A stretch of DNA of 64,000 nt, from assembly GCA_963745835.1 (NCBI GenBank), contig CAVUZH010000013.1, positions 736,001-800,000 of the forward strand, in the 5' to 3' direction. Under the pieces are notes generated by a model. The model was given only the letters and a program-made list of their open reading frames with translations. It was not told where the DNA came from and did not search any database. The stretch comes from an uncultured delta proteobacterium. GTDB taxonomy: Bacteria > Desulfobacterota > Binatia > UBA9968. Positions 1-9,754 of the stretch are shown here, piece by piece. Within the stretch, counting starts at the first letter, position 1. Every line of letters starts with the position of its first letter. Both the position numbers and the translations under genes were made by a program.

Positions 1-526
1 GTTTCATTTAAGCAACAACATCCAATGCGCTATTCCCAACCGTGGGACTATCGTGTATCTTAGAAGTTCTCTTATTGTCTCGGGTTTTACCAAATCCTCC
101 GGGCCTGGCCATTGCTTAGCGGAAGGCTTGTTCCTATCGAGTCACCGTGCAGCTGAGTTACTTGTGCCGAGCTAGGCGCAGAATGGATGTAGCTTGCATG
201 CCTATTATCAAGAGTCCGAGCTATGAAAAGTAGACCGATTGCCGACCGAACATACGTAGCTGTGATGCAGCGTTACGAGAAAGAGGATCATAGGCGCACT
301 AAGATCATACGCATGATCATCAACCAACGGATCCAAAGCTCCAGGGAACAAGCCGCTGCTTTATACGCGTTTCACAAGTGTCTAACTGAATCGCGAGTAA
401 AGAGTTCTACTAACTAGATGCGCAGTGTCGTCGTGGATTAGTGGCTGCCAACTTTACCCACAGGTAGGTATTGCCGAACAACAATTGCAGCAAAGCGGCG
501 TTCAAGTGATGACTCGAGGAGATTCT

Positions 527-787
527 ATGCATGCAGAAATTATCTTGAAGTACGAAGAGAAAGAGCATTTACTTGCCAGCGCTTCACGCAAATCACCTGC
601 ACGCTCGGTCCTCAAAATGGCTCGGCCTAAAATTAATCATCCTCAACTTGTTACGATTCCCTGCGATGAGCAAGGGGCCGCTGCCATCTTAGAAGTTGCA
701 CAGCGAAACTATGGCAGCACCTGCCGAGTTATGAAGATTCAGATGAAAAGGCTGGGTCTACTGAAATCGATTCTTCAAGCTAGATAA
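527..787 (+). CDS. Small hypothetical protein, apparent homolog of 31843..32124
   Basis: GAGGAG RBS before ATG 527; EIIL..E..HLL and VTIPCDE..A..IL..A pattern shared with the island ORF. Confidence 0.55.
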   Translation: MHAEIILKYEEKEHLLASASRKSPARSVLKMARPKINHPQLVTIPCDEQGAAAILEVAQRNYGSTCRVMKIQMKRLGLLKSILQAR

Positions 788-1452
788 GCTACTCAACGCT
801 GACGATTGTTCTAACTGGGGTACGTTGATCTCACGCGACAACACCCGGATTTAACTCCTTGAAGCGGCGGTCGGCCCTGATTTCGCGAGCAAGATAGATG
901 TGCTTTTCTGTAACAGCTCGATCGCGGCTCGATCTGCTTCTCCCACGCCCATTTCTGACTGACTGTAACATCCTCCCTTAACCGAAACTCGTCTCGGAGA
1001 GATCTTCCTCGATGCAAACTGCAGTTCTGCGGTGACGTTTCGCTTACGAGCAATTTCGCTTCTGAACCTCGGCCGTTGCTCTCGATGATCATATTCAAGC
1101 TATAGAGATTCCGATGCTTCGGAGGCGATAACTCATTGCCGTTCAGCAGGTGTTGGGTGTTAAGAAAGGTGCACAGCAAAGATCGGCTCGCCAAACCCAA
1201 GAAAGCTTTTGGGGGCAACCTCAATCATCTCAGCGAGAAAGCTAGAAATGCCCCGTTACGTTGTTAGCTTGGCAGAGGGCTTTTTTGTTGACGGAGGCAA
1301 TCGAGGGGAGATGCCGGCGACGCGGAACTTGGTTTATCGTTTCATTACGCAATAAGTAAATGGCGCATAGTGGGCGCTTAAGGTTCTCTGATGACGGTGC
1401 CGGTGGATTATCGAAAACGCTAGCCGGTGACATGCGCAAAGTAGTCAAGAGG

Positions 1453-1529
1453 TGGTGGTCGCAGAGGGACTTGAACCCCCGACCTCTCGCATGTGAGGCG
1501 AGCGCTCTAACCAACTGAGCTATGCGACC
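1453..1529 (-). tRNA. tRNA-Val(CAC)
   Basis: GGTCGCA acceptor stem, AGCTCAGTTGGTTAGAGC D-arm, CTCGC-CT CAC AT-GCGAG anticodon arm, GTTCAAGT T-loop, encoded CCA. Confidence 0.97.
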
Positions 1530-1750
1530 ATAGGTTGTTTTATCTAACACCTTGAACAATAAGCTTCAAGAATCGTTGATCTCAGTTCAGCATTCAAGAA
1601 TGGAGGATTGAGCTGAGCTAGTGACATATACTCTGAACAGCGACATCCAATCGATCACCCAAACTTGGAGTGCTGGTTGGTCGCGGGCATTTGGACCAAC
1701 TTCCCTGCTGGTCAGCCGGCGGATTTGAATCGCTTGCCAGTTAAAGAGAC

Positions 1751-2419
1751 TTACACGAAACCCATTTTGCGACCCCAATTCTCAGGATCCTGCAAAAAAT
1801 CAGTGATGTGCTTGCTGGCGCTCTCAGTGAAATAGCTTTTAGCCAATCCGGTGTCCAGCACGTCATCCCAATTTGCGAGCACGTGCAGCGAAATATCGTT
1901 TTTTGCTAGATTGTCCTTGCCCTCATGCTGGTTTAGCCGGTCCGAAGCATAATCGAATACACAGAGGCAGTGCGTCATCTTTGCCCCAGCGGCGCGTATT
2001 CCGATATTGAAACGAAGCTTGCTCAGTCCATCGGTGACCAAGTCTTCGACCAGCAATACTTTCTTCCCGGCATTGAGGATGCCTTCTATCTGCTTAGTCC
2101 CGCCGTACCCTTTCGGCTGCTTGCGAATATAAATCATCGGCTTTTTGATGAGATGAGCAACAAAAGAAGCGTAGGGAATACCTGCCGTCTCGCCTCCGGC
2201 GACAACATCGATTTTGTCGATTCCTATTTCTGCTTCAACCATCCTGGCTAATGCAGCGACGATGTATTCACGTTCCGTTGGGAACGATAGGAGCTTGCGA
2301 CAATCGATATACACCGGCGAGATGCGTCCGGAAACGAAAACAAAGGGGGTTTCTTTGTAGACCTGAATGGACTCTGTTGACAGCAGCATCTCGGCAACTT
2401 TTTTGGAAACTTCACTCAT
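1751..2419 (-). CDS. pyrE: Orotate phosphoribosyltransferase
   Basis: SGRISPVYIDCR, YIRKQPKGYG flexible loop, LLVEDLVTDG PRPP motif; start moved to ATG 2419. Confidence 0.9.
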   Translation of the reverse strand: MSEVSKKVAEMLLSTESIQVYKETPFVFVSGRISPVYIDCRKLLSFPTEREYIVAALARMVEAEIGIDKIDVVAGGETAGIPYASFVAHLIKKPMIYIRKQPKGYGGTKQIEGILNAGKKVLLVEDLVTDGLSKLRFNIGIRAAGAKMTHCLCVFDYASDRLNQHEGKDNLAKNDISLHVLANWDDVLDTGLAKSYFTESASKHITDFLQDPENWGRKMGFV

Positions 2420-2530
2420 GAACCGGCCTTTCAATTGTATATGGAGCTATAACACACGGATTTGGCTCTTTCCAACTTACTTTTATATTCACGATGTAGT
2501 TTTTCAGCATTGCACGAAGCTGCTAAAATC

Positions 2531-3832
2531 ATGCGCATGAAGCCGCAAAGCCCGAATGCCGTCCAGAGCCGACCCGATATCACAATTAACAAGCGCCGAT
2601 TGTTGCGCGACCTGAACGCCGTTTCCAGAATTGGTTTAGGCGATCACGGCTCGGTGACTCGGCTGGTGTTTTCGATCAAGGAACTGCGCAGTCGTCAATT
2701 TCTCATCCATCAGATGCGGCAAATCGGGTTGCAGATCAACATCGATCGTATCGGCAACATCTTCGGAAGACTCGAGGGGTCTTACCCGAAGGCGCCTGCT
2801 GTGCTTGCCGGCTCGCACCTAGACACCGTCGTCCAGGGCGGAAAATATGATGGTACGATGGGGGTTATTGCCGCCCTTGAAGCAGCTCGGACACTGAAAG
2901 AACACAACGTTGCGTTGCGCTCGCCGGTTGAAGTCGTTTGTTTCGTCGGTGAAGAGTCGAGCCGCTTTGGTTTTTCAACCCTGGGGAGCAGCTTGGTTGC
3001 GGGTGAAGTGCGGGCTGAGGATCTTACAAACGCCAGCGATGTACAGGGAGCAAAACTAGAGGATATTTTGGCCGGACTCGGCATTCATCGAAACAACCTC
3101 CTCTCGCTGCGCCGAGATCCCTCATCTTTGAAAGCCTACCTTGAATTGCACATCGAGCAGGGCCCAATTTTAGAAGCAAGAAAGAAACCTATCGGCGTAG
3201 TGACATCAATTGCGGCGCCGACACGCTTCAAGGTAATCATCACCGGTCAGGCCGATCATTCGGGCACAACTCCAATGGACATGCGCAAGGACGCTCTGGT
3301 TGCGGCAGCGGAATTAACGATGGCGGTAGAAGGGATTTGTCGGGAGCATTCGGATATGGACAAGGGGCGAGTGGTCGGGACTGTGGGCGCACTGAAGATT
3401 GAGCCTGGAGTGATCAATGCGGTGCCGGGCAAGGCGGAACTAGCAGTCGACGTACGGAGCATCACTGCGGCAGCCAAGAACCGGGTCGTCCGTTCGATCG
3501 AGGCCAAAATTCGCGAAATCGCTCTGCGCCGCAAAGTAAAAATCAAAATATTACCAATCAGAAAAGAGGACCCCGTGCCTCTGGATAAACGTGTAGTCCA
3601 TCTGCTACAAGACTGCTGCGAGGCTCGAGAGGTTCCTTACGAGATTATGCCTTCAGGGGCCGGTCACGACGCAATGCAGATGGCAAAAATTACTCCAGCG
3701 GGAATGTTGTTTATTCCAAGCCGCCGCGGTATTAGCCATAATCCGTTGGAATGGTCTGCTCCGCAGGACATCTCTCTGGGCGCACAATTACTACTAGACG
3801 CTATCGTGCGAGCCGCCAATGAAAAAATCTAA
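2531..3832 (+). CDS. M20-family Zn-dependent amidohydrolase (N-carbamoyl-amino acid / beta-ureidopropionase / allantoate amidohydrolase type)
   Basis: GSHLDTV, GKYDG, GEE, ELHIEQGP, GQADHSGTTPM, SGAGHDA, GISHNP motifs. Confidence 0.9.
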   Translation: MRMKPQSPNAVQSRPDITINKRRLLRDLNAVSRIGLGDHGSVTRLVFSIKELRSRQFLIHQMRQIGLQINIDRIGNIFGRLEGSYPKAPAVLAGSHLDTVVQGGKYDGTMGVIAALEAARTLKEHNVALRSPVEVVCFVGEESSRFGFSTLGSSLVAGEVRAEDLTNASDVQGAKLEDILAGLGIHRNNLLSLRRDPSSLKAYLELHIEQGPILEARKKPIGVVTSIAAPTRFKVIITGQADHSGTTPMDMRKDALVAAAELTMAVEGICREHSDMDKGRVVGTVGALKIEPGVINAVPGKAELAVDVRSITAAAKNRVVRSIEAKIREIALRRKVKIKILPIRKEDPVPLDKRVVHLLQDCCEAREVPYEIMPSGAGHDAMQMAKITPAGMLFIPSRRGISHNPLEWSAPQDISLGAQLLLDAIVRAANEKI

Positions 3833-4358
3833 AAACGTAAGACTTTTGACGGCGCCCGAAATAAAAAAGAATCTCGAACGCATGAGCCGGGAAATTCTTC
3901 GACAAAATAGGGCTTCGGATTCTTTGGCCTTCATCGGCGTCCGCACCCGCGGCCTTTTTTTGGCGCAGCGGGTACGAGGCATGATTCAAAAATCCCATCA
4001 CAAAGAGATTCCTCTAGGCGAAATGGACATTAGCTTATATCGAGACGACCTCAATGCGCTGCTTCCCGAAGGAAAAGTCGACCATACGAGCATCCCGTTC
4101 GACATCAATAACAAAACGATCATTCTATTCGACGACGTGCTCCACACCGGGCGGACGGTACGAGCCGCAGTGGATCATTTGATCGACTTAGGACGCCCCA
4201 GAGCCATTCATCTAGCCGTGCTCATAGACCGCGGCGGACGCGAGTTTCCCATTGCCGCCAATTTTATTGCGAGAAAAATCAATTTACCGCAAGGCGGAGA
4301 GGTTCGGCTCAAGCTCAAAGAAGTGGACGGCCGAGACGAAGTGGTGGTTAGAAGATAA
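3819..4358 (+). CDS. pyrR: Bifunctional pyr operon regulator / uracil phosphoribosyltransferase
   Basis: GVRTRG, DISLYRDD, DDVLHTGRTVRAA, DRGGREFPI. Confidence 0.93.
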   Translation: MKKSKNVRLLTAPEIKKNLERMSREILRQNRASDSLAFIGVRTRGLFLAQRVRGMIQKSHHKEIPLGEMDISLYRDDLNALLPEGKVDHTSIPFDINNKTIILFDDVLHTGRTVRAAVDHLIDLGRPRAIHLAVLIDRGGREFPIAANFIARKINLPQGGEVRLKLKEVDGRDEVVVRR

Positions 4359-4509
4359 ACTGGACAAGCCGCTTACAGCTGTTGAGCATGGACGCAACGG
4401 CAAGCGCTGACTGAAAATCAGAGATCGTGGCGCTCATGGTAAGAGATGCTTAAAATAGCCGCGATCAAACGCGATGTTGCAGGGCTCGAAATAGCAGAGA
4501 CTAGTGAGT

Positions 4510-5211
4510 TCAGGCAGCAGACTGTTCGATCTTCAACTGGCGGCGCATAACTAAGGCCAAAACATCGCAGGGTTCACGGTGAGAATCGATAAATCGTCGT
4601 ATGTCGTCCAACTCTCGCGGTTGGAAATACGGCGAACATTTCGCTATCAACAGTTCGATGACGTCAGCTGGTAGTAATCCAAAAGTGACGTTATCGTCTT
4701 CGGAACAAAAGTCAGCAACCTCAATCGTCTCTGGTTCTATTACCGTGACCACATCCCTGAATAGCTGTACGAACAGATCAATTTTCTGATCGTCGAAGGC
4801 ATCAGCATACCACTTAAAATGGCATCGCATCTCTTTTTTGATTTCCCTATCTTGAATGCAGACCGTCAGACCTTCATCAACCAGCCGGCCGCGCGTCACT
4901 TCAAAGCTCAAAGGTTCGGCAATATTTGCGCGCGATTGCCGCAGAAGAAGATGGTCACGTCCATTAGTCACCTCAATGTACGCAACACCCATAGGATCAG
5001 ACATCGAGCTCTGGCAAAAATGCTTCTCGCTTGATGCTTTCAACGGTTCTAACCGATGACCTTCGTGTTGTTTCATAAAAGCACGCCAGTCGTCGCCGGG
5101 TATCTCCTCGACCTCACCGTTAACGTAGACATACTGGGGAGCTCGATCGCAGGACGTTACGTGATGCACGGCGTCACAGTTGCGACACCAGATGAATCTA
5201 TCACTAACCAT
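4510..5211 (-). CDS. Hypothetical protein with putative metal-binding CxxC..H motif
   Basis: 233-aa ORF overlapping the upstream kinase by 8 nt; WCRNCDAVHH and HEGH motifs. Confidence 0.7.
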   Translation of the reverse strand: MVSDRFIWCRNCDAVHHVTSCDRAPQYVYVNGEVEEIPGDDWRAFMKQHEGHRLEPLKASSEKHFCQSSMSDPMGVAYIEVTNGRDHLLLRQSRANIAEPLSFEVTRGRLVDEGLTVCIQDREIKKEMRCHFKWYADAFDDQKIDLFVQLFRDVVTVIEPETIEVADFCSEDDNVTFGLLPADVIELLIAKCSPYFQPRELDDIRRFIDSHREPCDVLALVMRRQLKIEQSAA

Positions 5212-6325
5212 AATTCCGCTGCTCCAGAGGCACTGCAGCCGAGGCGACAGCTTTAGAAGGGAATCTCATCAGCACTGTCGTGCCGACGCCCGGCTCACTT
5301 TTAACCTGAATTGCACCACCGATCAGCTCGGCCATTCGCCGTGCCACCGTGAGACCCAGCCCGAGCCCGGAGAACGAACGATGGATGGAGTTGTCCACTT
5401 GTTGAAAGGGCTCGAAAACTGAATCCATCTTACTCTTGTCAATGCCGATTCCGGTGTCGGAAACCTCTAGATCCAGGATTCCTCGATCCGAAGATACACG
5501 AGCTTTCACCCGGATTTCGCCCACCGAAGTAAACTTAACTGCGTTGTTGAATATATTTTGAAAGATTCTTTCCACCTTCGCACGATCGCTGATGATCGAT
5601 GCGCCGCCCTCTGGGATGTCGATTGTCAGGGTCAAGTTTTTTTCCCCGATTGTTCGCTGATAACGCTTCACGGTTTCATCGACGATCTGGCGCGCATCGA
5701 ATTTCTCGATGATGGGTGAGGTGTCGCCAGAGCTGAGTGACGTCATCCATAAAACGTTATCGATCAGCTCCAACAGTTCTTCGGAGTTGCGGTAGACGGT
5801 CTCGAGGACCTTTTGCTGCTCTTCGCTGAGCTTGCCAATAACTTGGTTGAGCAATAAATAGACAAAGCCCACAACCACGCTTAACGGCGTTCGCAATTCG
5901 TGCGACACGTTGGAGAGGAAGTCCGATCTTACTTGTCGCAGCTTAGTCTTCGCCCCGCGACGCTCAATACCGCGGCGGACGAGAGATAGAATGTGATTTA
6001 CGTCGAAAGGTTTAGAGATGTAATCGAACGCGCCAAGGCGGAGTCCTTCGATAGCTGTGTCCAAAGAGCCGTAACCTGTGATGATGATCGCTTCGATATC
6101 CGGATCATGCTGTTTCACCTTTTCCAGAACATTGATACCGGTAAAACCTGGCATCTTGAGATCCAATGTAACTAGGTCGACCGGAAACTTGTTTAGGAAA
6201 TCGACTGCTTGACCTCCCCGCTCGGCGATATGAACGGTGTAATAAGGATTGAGAATCATCTTCAAGGATTCTCGAGGTCCCATTTCGTCATCTACGACAA
6301 GAATGTGCGGCTTGTTCGAGTCCAT
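5204..6325 (-). CDS. Response regulator-histidine kinase hybrid (REC-HisKA-HATPase)
   Basis: VVDDE/LDLKMP/KPF receiver; SHELRTPL H-box; NAVKF, DTGIGI, FEPF, GLGLGL boxes. Confidence 0.93.
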   Translation of the reverse strand: MDSNKPHILVVDDEMGPRESLKMILNPYYTVHIAERGGQAVDFLNKFPVDLVTLDLKMPGFTGINVLEKVKQHDPDIEAIIITGYGSLDTAIEGLRLGAFDYISKPFDVNHILSLVRRGIERRGAKTKLRQVRSDFLSNVSHELRTPLSVVVGFVYLLLNQVIGKLSEEQQKVLETVYRNSEELLELIDNVLWMTSLSSGDTSPIIEKFDARQIVDETVKRYQRTIGEKNLTLTIDIPEGGASIISDRAKVERIFQNIFNNAVKFTSVGEIRVKARVSSDRGILDLEVSDTGIGIDKSKMDSVFEPFQQVDNSIHRSFSGLGLGLTVARRMAELIGGAIQVKSEPGVGTTVLMRFPSKAVASAAVPLEQRNYG

Positions 6326-6453
6326 GGCCGCTCCTTACGCAAAAAGTGTGCTAGATGGCTTTGTCTAAGAAAACTAAGAACTTACAGGGAAATTGGAGGC
6401 TACAGAGGTAAAACGGAAGGATTAACGGTACAAATTTGTCCAAAATTGTCGAT

Positions 6454-7857
6454 TTATGTCGATAGCTTCGGCTCCTCTCCACTATGAGGCTCGTTTATCT
6501 TCAGCTTTTCAATTCGGTATTTTAGAATCCGCCGGCTGGTGCCCAGCAATAAAGCGGCTTTGGTCTGGTTAAAGCCGGTCCGTTGCAGCGCCTTAACAAT
6601 AAGCTCTCGTTCGAATTCGTCCACCGCTTCGCTGAGAGGTTTTGAGCCACTCAGGACATCCTCTTTCAAGGTCGCAGTCTGATCTGTCGAGCGCATTCCG
6701 ACGGGCAGGTCACGGAGCATGATCTGCTCATGCGGCGTGAGTATTGTCAGCCGTTCAATCAAGTTTTCAAGCTCACGAATGTTGCCCGGCCAATGGTATG
6801 CCGTAAAAAAGTCGACTACTTCCGGCGACAAGCTTTTAACCGCAATGGAATGCTCTTGCGCCTTGAGTCTCAGGAAATGATCTAGAAGTAGCGGGATGTC
6901 CTCGCGCCGTTCCCGAAGCGCAGGCAAATAAAGAGAGACGACGTTGAGGCGGTAAAACAGATCCGGCCGGAACTCACCTGCTTTTGCCAAAATTTCTAAA
7001 TCCCGGTTACTTGCGGCTATCACCCTCACATCAACTTTGATGTCATCGGTGCCACCGAGCCGGGTGAAGGTTTCTTGCTCAATGGCGCGCAGGAATTTTG
7101 CCTGTGTGCTGAGATTAAGCTCGCCGATCTCGTCAAGAAAGAGGGTGCCACCATGAGCAAGCTCGAACCGACCAATTTTCTTTTGCGATGCATTAGTAAA
7201 GGCACCCTTCTCATAACCAAACAGTTCACTTTCAATCAAAGTATCGGGTAATGCGGCGCAGTTCACAACGATGAAGGGCTTCGAGCGGCGATCGCTATTG
7301 TAGTGAATCGCGCGTGCGATCAACTCCTTGCCCGTGCCGCTTTCGCCCTGAATCAAGACTGTAGATTTCTTAGCGGCTACCATGCTGACGGCTTTGAAAA
7401 CATCTATAATTTGCTTGGATTTGCCGACGATATGATCGATCCCATATTTCCGACCGACCTCTTCCTTTAACCGCTCCAGCTCCTTTGAGAGCTGAACTTT
7501 CTCGAACGCATGCTCGACCCGTAGCCGCAGTTCTTCAACGTCGAAAGGCTTGGTCACGTAATCGAAGGCGCCAGTGCCCTTCGCGGTAAAGGCGGTTCGT
7601 GCCGTATTAAGACCGGTCAACATTATTACCTGACACTCAGGATGAACTGATTTCATCTGTTTCAAAACCGACAGTCCATCAGCGCCAGGCATGACAATGT
7701 CGAGCAATACGATATCAGGTTTTTCTTCAGTCAGTTTCTGGACGCCGTCGTTTGCAGTAGCTGCCTCGACCACGCGAAAGACTTTGTCGAAAACCATTTT
7801 GAGTGAATGCCGGACCCCAGCCTCATCATCTATAACCAACAATACGCCTTGAACCAT
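6454..7857 (-). CDS. Sigma54-dependent NtrC-family response regulator
   Basis: REC with LDIVMP; GESGTGKE Walker A; ESELFG, GAFTNA loop, FLDEIGE, FRPDLFYRL, WPGNIREL; Fis-type HTH NQTKAALLLG. Confidence 0.95.
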   Translation of the reverse strand: MVQGVLLVIDDEAGVRHSLKMVFDKVFRVVEAATANDGVQKLTEEKPDIVLLDIVMPGADGLSVLKQMKSVHPECQVIMLTGLNTARTAFTAKGTGAFDYVTKPFDVEELRLRVEHAFEKVQLSKELERLKEEVGRKYGIDHIVGKSKQIIDVFKAVSMVAAKKSTVLIQGESGTGKELIARAIHYNSDRRSKPFIVVNCAALPDTLIESELFGYEKGAFTNASQKKIGRFELAHGGTLFLDEIGELNLSTQAKFLRAIEQETFTRLGGTDDIKVDVRVIAASNRDLEILAKAGEFRPDLFYRLNVVSLYLPALRERREDIPLLLDHFLRLKAQEHSIAVKSLSPEVVDFFTAYHWPGNIRELENLIERLTILTPHEQIMLRDLPVGMRSTDQTATLKEDVLSGSKPLSEAVDEFERELIVKALQRTGFNQTKAALLLGTSRRILKYRIEKLKINEPHSGEEPKLST

Positions 7858-7876
7858 GTCGCTTTTCTTTTCCCGG

Positions 7877-9754
7877 TTAAGCAATGGGAAACTCCATTGT
7901 CACGATCTCTTTCTCAGCATCGGTGCTATCAACAGCAATCTCACCACCAATACGTTCCACCAGCTGCTTTGCCAATAAGATTCGCAGGGGCAAAATACTT
8001 TCTCCCGCAGCTTCGCTCAGAGAACCGAGATATTGAGTAATCGAGGCCATCCGAGGTCCTTCACGAACGTAGGATATTACGACCTTTCCCGTTTGCTGGA
8101 TTTCAACACCAATCTCAGTGCCCACCTTTGCCTGCGATACTACCGTCGAGAAAACATTCTTAAGAATGTAGTCGAGCTGGTTCTCATCGGCAAAAATCGT
8201 GGCGCCGACTCTGCTAGTTTGTACGCGAACAGGAGCTTGACGTTTTCCGGACTCCTCTCGGAGCTCATCAACTGTCGAGCGCAAGCGTTCCTCCAGCGTT
8301 ACGCGATCTATACGAGGTTGACTGAAGTCGGCAAATTCGATCATCGTTTCGAGCAGATCGTCCATTCGTTCGATATCAGTGCTGACCACGTCTCGAAAAC
8401 GCGCCCGAAAATCCTCGTCTTCATATCGATCGTCGAGCAATTGCGCGAAGGTCTTGACGGTCACCATCGGATTTTTCATCTCGTGAGCCAACTCGTGAAT
8501 CAAAACTTTGAGTTCGCTCGCTCGTTCACTGCAGGCAGCTTGGCCTTGCGAGACTGGAACTTGTCTGCCAGCCGTCCAAGAGGAGGAGACCACCTTAAGA
8601 TTTGGCCGTTTCTCCTCTGGCGAACTAAACTCCTCTACATCTGCAAATTCCTCCGCTTCACTGGTCCCGGAAAAATCGAAAACCAGATCGTGTGCCTCAA
8701 TTGTGCTCTTACGTCCAACCACGAGGGTTCGAGCGATAACGGTTTCCATCTCGCTTAGGTTGCCGAACCAGAGATAGTTTGCGAGACGATCTCTCGCTTC
8801 GGGCGAAAAGGTTACCTGGCCTAATTCCAAGAGCGGTGCAAAGTACTGCGCAAACCAAGCGGCAATCGTCGGAATGTCATTGCGGCGATCTCTCAAGGGC
8901 CGGAGTTTAAGACTTAAAGTCGCTATCCGATAATATAGTCCTTCGAGGAATTCACCTTGATAAACTTGCTCAAGAAGGTCGATCTTTGTAGTCGCAAGAA
9001 ATCGGCAGGCAACTGATGTTTTTTCGACTTCTTCGATAAAGCTGAGCAACCTCGACTGCGCCGAAGCAGAAAGCTTTTCGATTTCTTCCACGACAAAGAT
9101 CCGCCCGGATTTCTCGGCCCGCCAAGTTAGCTGAGCAATCTTGCTCGCCAAGAATTCGTCATTGACTTCGGACGCATTTACAAAGCTGCAGGCGACGTCA
9201 CTCCCAGCAAGGGCGCAAATCCCTCGCACAACGCGCTCCTGACCGCAGCCTATCTCGCCTGAAACCAACACCGGCAAACGAGTTCTGGCAAATCGCTGCA
9301 CAAGAGCGGCTGCCGTCCGATCAAGGAACGGATATCTTAAATAATCCGAGTGTGCCGGATTGTTCGGTGGCCCCCGCATGGGTCGCATGCTGGGGAGGAC
9401 AGCTGTACGCGCCAATAACATTCCCACCTTTTGCTTTAGCTCATAGGGATTAAACGGCTTTGCGAGACAACCAACGGTTTCTTGCTCTTCGATGAGTTTG
9501 ATAGCGGATCTCGACTCGACCAGGAACAAAACGGCGCAGCTCACCTGTGCGGCAAATCTCAAGAGCTTTCCGGCCTCGGAGCGAAGCGCCGGGCTTACGC
9601 CAATGATCAGCAGATCGACATCCGCGCTAGTGTCCGCCAGCGTAAATCCAGAAGTGCCTAAAAACTTCTTCACGACGTAGAAGTCCCGCCCTAGGATTAG
9701 GGCAAGGGTTTCCCGAATCACCTCCGACTCATCAATGACTAAGATTCGCTTCAT
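7877..9754 (-). CDS. Degenerate REC + degenerate sigma54 AAA+ + HisKA/degenerate HATPase fusion protein
   Basis: REC-like N-terminus, GEIGCGQE, LYYRI, LRDRRNDIP, WFGNLSEM, AHEMKNPM H-box; catalytic motifs altered. Confidence 0.8.
   Translation of the reverse strand: MKRILVIDESEVIRETLALILGRDFYVVKKFLGTSGFTLADTSADVDLLIIGVSPALRSEAGKLLRFAAQVSCAVLFLVESRSAIKLIEEQETVGCLAKPFNPYELKQKVGMLLARTAVLPSMRPMRGPPNNPAHSDYLRYPFLDRTAAALVQRFARTRLPVLVSGEIGCGQERVVRGICALAGSDVACSFVNASEVNDEFLASKIAQLTWRAEKSGRIFVVEEIEKLSASAQSRLLSFIEEVEKTSVACRFLATTKIDLLEQVYQGEFLEGLYYRIATLSLKLRPLRDRRNDIPTIAAWFAQYFAPLLELGQVTFSPEARDRLANYLWFGNLSEMETVIARTLVVGRKSTIEAHDLVFDFSGTSEAEEFADVEEFSSPEEKRPNLKVVSSSWTAGRQVPVSQGQAACSERASELKVLIHELAHEMKNPMVTVKTFAQLLDDRYEDEDFRARFRDVVSTDIERMDDLLETMIEFADFSQPRIDRVTLEERLRSTVDELREESGKRQAPVRVQTSRVGATIFADENQLDYILKNVFSTVVSQAKVGTEIGVEIQQTGKVVISYVREGPRMASITQYLGSLSEAAGESILPLRILLAKQLVERIGGEIAVDSTDAEKEIVTMEFPIA

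Noticed and set aside
811-1224. 137-aa ORF and the ORFs overlapping tRNA-Val
   Set aside because: No recognisable motifs or RBS; one overlaps the tRNA.
1170-1290. Possible c-di-GMP-I riboswitch or terminator (CCAAACCCAAGAAAG...; GCCC...GGGCTTTTTT)
   Set aside because: The core consensus and second stem are not convincingly matched, and no downstream gene lies on that strand.
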